In this document: positions 61,101 through 64,000 of the stretch, piece by piece
How positions within the stretch are numbered: the first letter of the stretch is position 1
How the letters are laid out: every line of letters begins with the position of its first letter
DNA from: Terriglobia bacterium
GTDB taxonomy: Bacteria; Acidobacteriota; Terriglobia; JAJPHL01; JAPKYU01
NCBI GenBank assembly: GCA_965223005.1
Contig: CBDCVK010000002.1
Coordinates: forward strand, 128,001 to 192,000
Direction: 5' to 3'
DNA length: 64,000 nt
Program-made: the position numbers and the translations under genes
Notes under the pieces: generated by a model
Databases searched by the model: none
Told to the model about the DNA's origin: nothing
The model's input: the letters and a program-made list of their open reading frames with translations, nothing else

Positions 61101-62238
61101 CTTGCAGGTGATCCGCGCGGAAATTTCCTGCCAGTTCTCCTCCCAGCAGGAGCAGCCGGAGGTCGGGAATCTCAACGAATTCCGGCGTGACCCGCACCTT
61201 GCCCGTGCCGTGGATTCGGGACAGCCGGAAGGGGGGCGATTCCAGGGCCAGGCGCTCCAGGAGCAGGTCCGCGGAGGAGTCAAGCCCCTGTCCGGCAGCG
61301 TCGTAGCTCAGCCTGCCTTTCAATCCTAGCCGCCCGCTGCGAAGTTCGCTTAGCCGGCTGACGGCGGCGATCTCCGCGACATCCAAGCCGGCTTCGTAGT
61401 GCAGCAGGATTTTCGGCTGTGCGGAAGCGAAGACGTGGCCGCTGAGCGACAAAGTGGAGCGAGGCGTCTCCCAGTTCATCCGCACAATTTGAATCCCGGT
61501 GCGACCCAGGCGCAACTCCGCGCGTGCCTGCAAAGGAGGCCCCGCCACCGTGCGCGGGCCACCCTCCCTGCTGGCATCGGTGGATCTCCAAAGTGCCGTG
61601 GCGAAAGCGATGCGCCCGTGGTAGAGGTCGGTGTCCGTTTCATAGGCGAAGTCTGCAAGCAGATTCTCGGCGGCAAACTCCAGCGGCAGGCGCTTGTCGT
61701 TCCAACTAAGCTCGCCATCGGTTACTTCCAGGTGCTTGATGGCCAGGTCCAGGACCTTGTCCGCCAGTGGTTTAGCCGTGGCCTGCCGACGTTCAGGCTC
61801 TGGAATGTTGGAGCGCCCGGTAGTATCCACTTCCAGGTGAATGCGTGGACGGGCGAGTCGGAGGAGGCGCCAGTCAATTTTCCGCCAGAGCAGGGAAGCA
61901 ATCTTCAGCCGGATGAAAATGGAGTCAGCGACAAATAGGGGGAGGTTTGGGTCCGTCTCCCGGCCCCGAATGACCAGGTGCTGGAGTTTAACTTCCAGGG
62001 CGGGGAGGTAGGAGCGAAAAAGGGTAGTCTCCGGTGGGGGTGGAAGCCACGGCAGATCAGTGAAGTTCACCCGACAACTGCCCAGCTCGACGCGGCCGCC
62101 CGTGGCGCGTTCGATCTGGCTTACGATGCGAGCCTGCACGTGCCGGTGGAAGTGCGCGCTACGCAGGTACAGCACTGCGCCTAGCGTGGCCAGTGTGAGC
62201 AGGCCGGCGCCGATGCCGATTTTTGCCCGTCGGGACAT
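58195..62238 (-). CDS. tamB: TamB/AsmA-like translocation and assembly module protein
   Basis: N-terminal TM, long beta-rich body, C-terminal DUF490-like region (ISFVNPFRIEP, YRSEPPL, GVDFKWRKQF). Confidence 0.85.
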   Translation of the reverse strand: MSRRAKIGIGAGLLTLATLGAVLYLRSAHFHRHVQARIVSQIERATGGRVELGSCRVNFTDLPWLPPPPETTLFRSYLPALEVKLQHLVIRGRETDPNLPLFVADSIFIRLKIASLLWRKIDWRLLRLARPRIHLEVDTTGRSNIPEPERRQATAKPLADKVLDLAIKHLEVTDGELSWNDKRLPLEFAAENLLADFAYETDTDLYHGRIAFATALWRSTDASREGGPRTVAGPPLQARAELRLGRTGIQIVRMNWETPRSTLSLSGHVFASAQPKILLHYEAGLDVAEIAAVSRLSELRSGRLGLKGRLSYDAAGQGLDSSADLLLERLALESPPFRLSRIHGTGKVRVTPEFVEIPDLRLLLLGGELAGNFRADHLQEQPKMSLAVQARGLSVPDLMRSLTTSQRPLSKLLWAGAVDGDINAQFLLVGRDATPDLEVESKFLVRPPSAAPPGVLPVSGRGELTYASSAGQLALRNISLETPGSRISAEGVWATGPSSEHDLQLNLSTTSSQEWAPLFAVQLPEEAPIALELQGRAQLQGTIRGSGPAPRLEGRLEAADFRYGKTHWTGFATTLVYSPNLLRLTEAQLRRGGSVVRLNFTAQLTQGEFTEASIFNLEAEAEDADLADLAGRTGTPYPLTGRVSTTLRAEGTKRNPQGSACVRVTSGTLAGEPFDALRGKLNFAQGELRIADIELTKGSAKITGEAKYRPADGTYQFQLGGAGLALNEISLLRSPRFVLGGQVGFRASGAGVPERPRLEAAVEVSDLEVNGERMGKLTASAETRDGLLEARLKSQLVRGNIAGTMSVQLSGGFPAQGRVELTGVDLDPLFEKAFGGHLTSHSTTTGWINISGPLKKPESLLVATEISELQAALEQVELRNKGPLRASFRDGRIQIEAARLAGTQTNLSVAGWLRVTGPPATRTLELRANGEMNMALLRTLNPELIGSGKLRLDATATGTLQRPLLKGRAQIYNGGMALRGFSTGLSKMEGSLLFDIQRVRIEKLTAEAGGGKVHLSGFMEYANSPPVLRLRAEAEGVRVRHPEGTSSLLNASLNLDGTAQHSVLAGEAVVTRASFNPRFDLARSLGLVRARGPTLVTSPLLDTMQLDVRVTSSPNLRLELASARDLQVLANLRLRGTVARPAIIGRVELSQGEILFAGTRYIVNPGDISFVNPFRIEPVVNLHLQTRAQQFEIFVALNGPLDRLNITYRSEPPLPSSDVQALLITGRAQEGGTVTQPTQSFPTLATSAILEQALNAAVGSRIERLFGGGRVKIAPHVGGPETSPGAQLTVEQQVTPDVRLTYVTNLTSTQQQVIQLEWTINRRWSLNAVRDRNGLFGVDFKWRKQFR

Positions 62239-62244
62239 GAAGGC

Positions 62245-62889
62245 TTATCGAAACTGGATGGGCACCTGCTCCCGCAGATCCTTGATCCAGCTGGAGTAGC
62301 GCTGGTTGATGCGCTGCTCGACCAGAATCTCCTCGATGCGATGCTTCACCTTGGCTAGCCGCGGCAATTCCCGAGCTTGCCGGGCGCGCAAATCCGGCAG
62401 CAGCGTTTCGCGGTAATAGCGTTCGATTGCCGTCTCATCCACCTGCACTCCTGGCCGGAAACGGAAGTCAATAAAGCGAAGAATCCGGGTCCCGAGAGCA
62501 ACACGCCGGCGGACCTGCGCTTCTCTCAGCTCATATTCTTGCAGGGCGCGCTGGAAAGTCCCGTTGCCGGCGAAGCCCCTCCGAATTTCAGCCATGCGTC
62601 TTTCCACATCGGCTGCCGGGACCTCCGGGAAGCGGCTGGTTTGCATCTCCTGCTCGAGCAGCGCCCGGTCCACCAGGCGCTCAGCAATGATGCGGATGTG
62701 CGCGTCGTCCAGCGGCTCCGCCGGCAGTTGTTCCAGCAGGCTCTCGATTCGGTAGTCTTCCCAGACATCGCTGAGGGTGACGATCCGTTCTCCCAGGGTG
62801 GCCACGATCCGGTCCACGATGACCGGGAGCGCTCCGCTCGGCAGCAGCATGAGGAGCAGGAGAGCTATTGGGAGAGCGCGACGTTTCAT
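62245..62889 (-). CDS. SurA N-terminal domain-like chaperone
   Basis: Signal peptide, IVDRIVATLG..IVTLSD, ERLVDRALLEQE, WIKDLRE. Confidence 0.75.
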   Translation of the reverse strand: MKRRALPIALLLLMLLPSGALPVIVDRIVATLGERIVTLSDVWEDYRIESLLEQLPAEPLDDAHIRIIAERLVDRALLEQEMQTSRFPEVPAADVERRMAEIRRGFAGNGTFQRALQEYELREAQVRRRVALGTRILRFIDFRFRPGVQVDETAIERYYRETLLPDLRARQARELPRLAKVKHRIEEILVEQRINQRYSSWIKDLREQVPIQFR

Positions 62890-64000
62890 CAGAAAGTCTG
62901 CCCGATCGAGAAAAAGAACTGGAAATTGTTCAAGCGACCCGTGCCGGTTGATCCCACAAAGGCCGGAGGGTTGATGCTCCAGGCCAAGTCCAGGCGCAGC
63001 GGTCCGATGGGAGTTTTGTAGCGCAGCCCGGTGCCCACCGCGTGCACCATGTAGCTGAAATCGGTGAGATCGCGTTGCTTGACACGGAAGCTGATGTCGT
63101 CCAGCCTGGCGAATACATTCCCCATATCGTGGAAGAGGACGCCGCCGATGGTCTGGCCCAGGAGGGGAAAGCGCAGCTCCAGGCTGTTCAGCAACAGGGC
63201 GCGGCCTCCTATTGGAAACCCGGTCTCGAGGTCGCGGGGCCCAGCCTGGTTGATGCCGAAGCCTCGATGTGAATTCCCACCACCACTGAAAAATCTTTCC
63301 GGCAATGGGATATCTGGCTCGCCTAGTTCGTTCAAGACCTGACGTGGCCTCCCAAACGGGTCAGCCACGCCGAACCGCGTGTTGCGGGCCAGTACCAGAT
63401 TGGGTCCCAGTGCGTGGTATGTGCTGAACTGGCCCAGGAAGCGAACAAAATTAGCTCCACTGCCTACTAGGGAGGAAGACAAACCCGCATCCATGGTGAG
63501 GAAGCTGCCGCGTCTGGACTCCGTCGGATCGTTGCGGCGGTCGCGCACGAAGCTGGCGCCCAGCATCCCCACCCGCACCGGTCGGGCAAACAGCGGGATA
63601 TCCTGGACAGAGATCTTTAGCGTATCACGCTCGGCCTCCACCCGGCGGTAGCTATAGCGATAGAGCAGCGTGTCGCTGCGACCCCGTTTCTGCTGCAGGG
63701 CGACGGAGCCTTCGAGCCGCTGTGACGCAAATGTCAGCACGTCAAAACTGCGCTCCACGAACCCGCTAAACAGCAACGTCAGGCGCGGCGCGTGCCAGAA
63801 GCGCGGGGCCGTGTAACTGAACAGGGCGCGCTCCTGAAGTCGGCTTAGGCGCGACTTGAACGAGAGCGTGTGGTTGCGGCCGCGAAAATTCAGCCGGGTG
63901 ACCTCAAACGAGACCAGCGGGCTGATGCCGGCTCGCCCTTCTGGATCGGTCACCCCCTCGCTTGCGGCGCCGAAGCGGGCAACATCGACGCCGCCCCCTA
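62889..64000 (-). CDS. Omp85 family (BamA/TamA) outer-membrane protein, 3' part
   Basis: ERFFSGGGNSHRGF, ELRFPL, GLRYKTPIGPLRLD, C-terminal FFSIGQTF; starts beyond the window. Confidence 0.9.
   Translation of the reverse strand, partial: GGGVDVARFGAASEGVTDPEGRAGISPLVSFEVTRLNFRGRNHTLSFKSRLSRLQERALFSYTAPRFWHAPRLTLLFSGFVERSFDVLTFASQRLEGSVALQQKRGRSDTLLYRYSYRRVEAERDTLKISVQDIPLFARPVRVGMLGASFVRDRRNDPTESRRGSFLTMDAGLSSSLVGSGANFVRFLGQFSTYHALGPNLVLARNTRFGVADPFGRPRQVLNELGEPDIPLPERFFSGGGNSHRGFGINQAGPRDLETGFPIGGRALLLNSLELRFPLLGQTIGGVLFHDMGNVFARLDDISFRVKQRDLTDFSYMVHAVGTGLRYKTPIGPLRLDLAWSINPPAFVGSTGTGRLNNFQFFFSIGQTF

Noticed and set aside
1-64000. rRNA or tRNA genes
   Set aside because: No cloverleaf or rRNA signature seen by eye; a tRNAscan or Infernal run would be needed to exclude them fully

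Overview
GC-rich bacterial DNA, probably Acidobacteriota (inferred from a Solibacter-type C-terminal remnant, DUF1501/PSD1 gene pairs and gene order). The window has two parts. (1) About 1-23 kb is a mosaic accessory island: three DUF1501 genes (two are a recent tandem duplication), two PSCyt/PSD1 cytochrome-domain genes, an orphan methyltransferase with a well-formed attC-like site, many truncated gene fragments, and two IS5-family insertions at CTAG whose sequence looks garbled by assembly. A family of ~45-90 bp repeats punctuates the island. Two back-to-back palindromic junctions of this repeat exactly bracket an intact DUF1501+PSD1 module, and genes next to other copies appear 5'-truncated. 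This is the best candidate for an undescribed mobility or recombination system. (2) About 23-64 kb is mostly core genes: ilvBNC-cimA, aspartate kinase-hom, radical SAM, two divergent LysR genes, cysH/TSUP, trpCFBA-chorismate mutase-tyrA, trmFO-xerC, ogt, CDF transporter, rhomboid, pcm, tamB, SurA-like and Omp85. This part hides two leader-peptide attenuators that are absent from the ORF track: a Thr-rich one before aspartate kinase and a Cys-containing one before the sulfur-assimilation genes. No rRNA, tRNA or CRISPR array was seen. All family assignments come from motif recognition by eye, not database searches.
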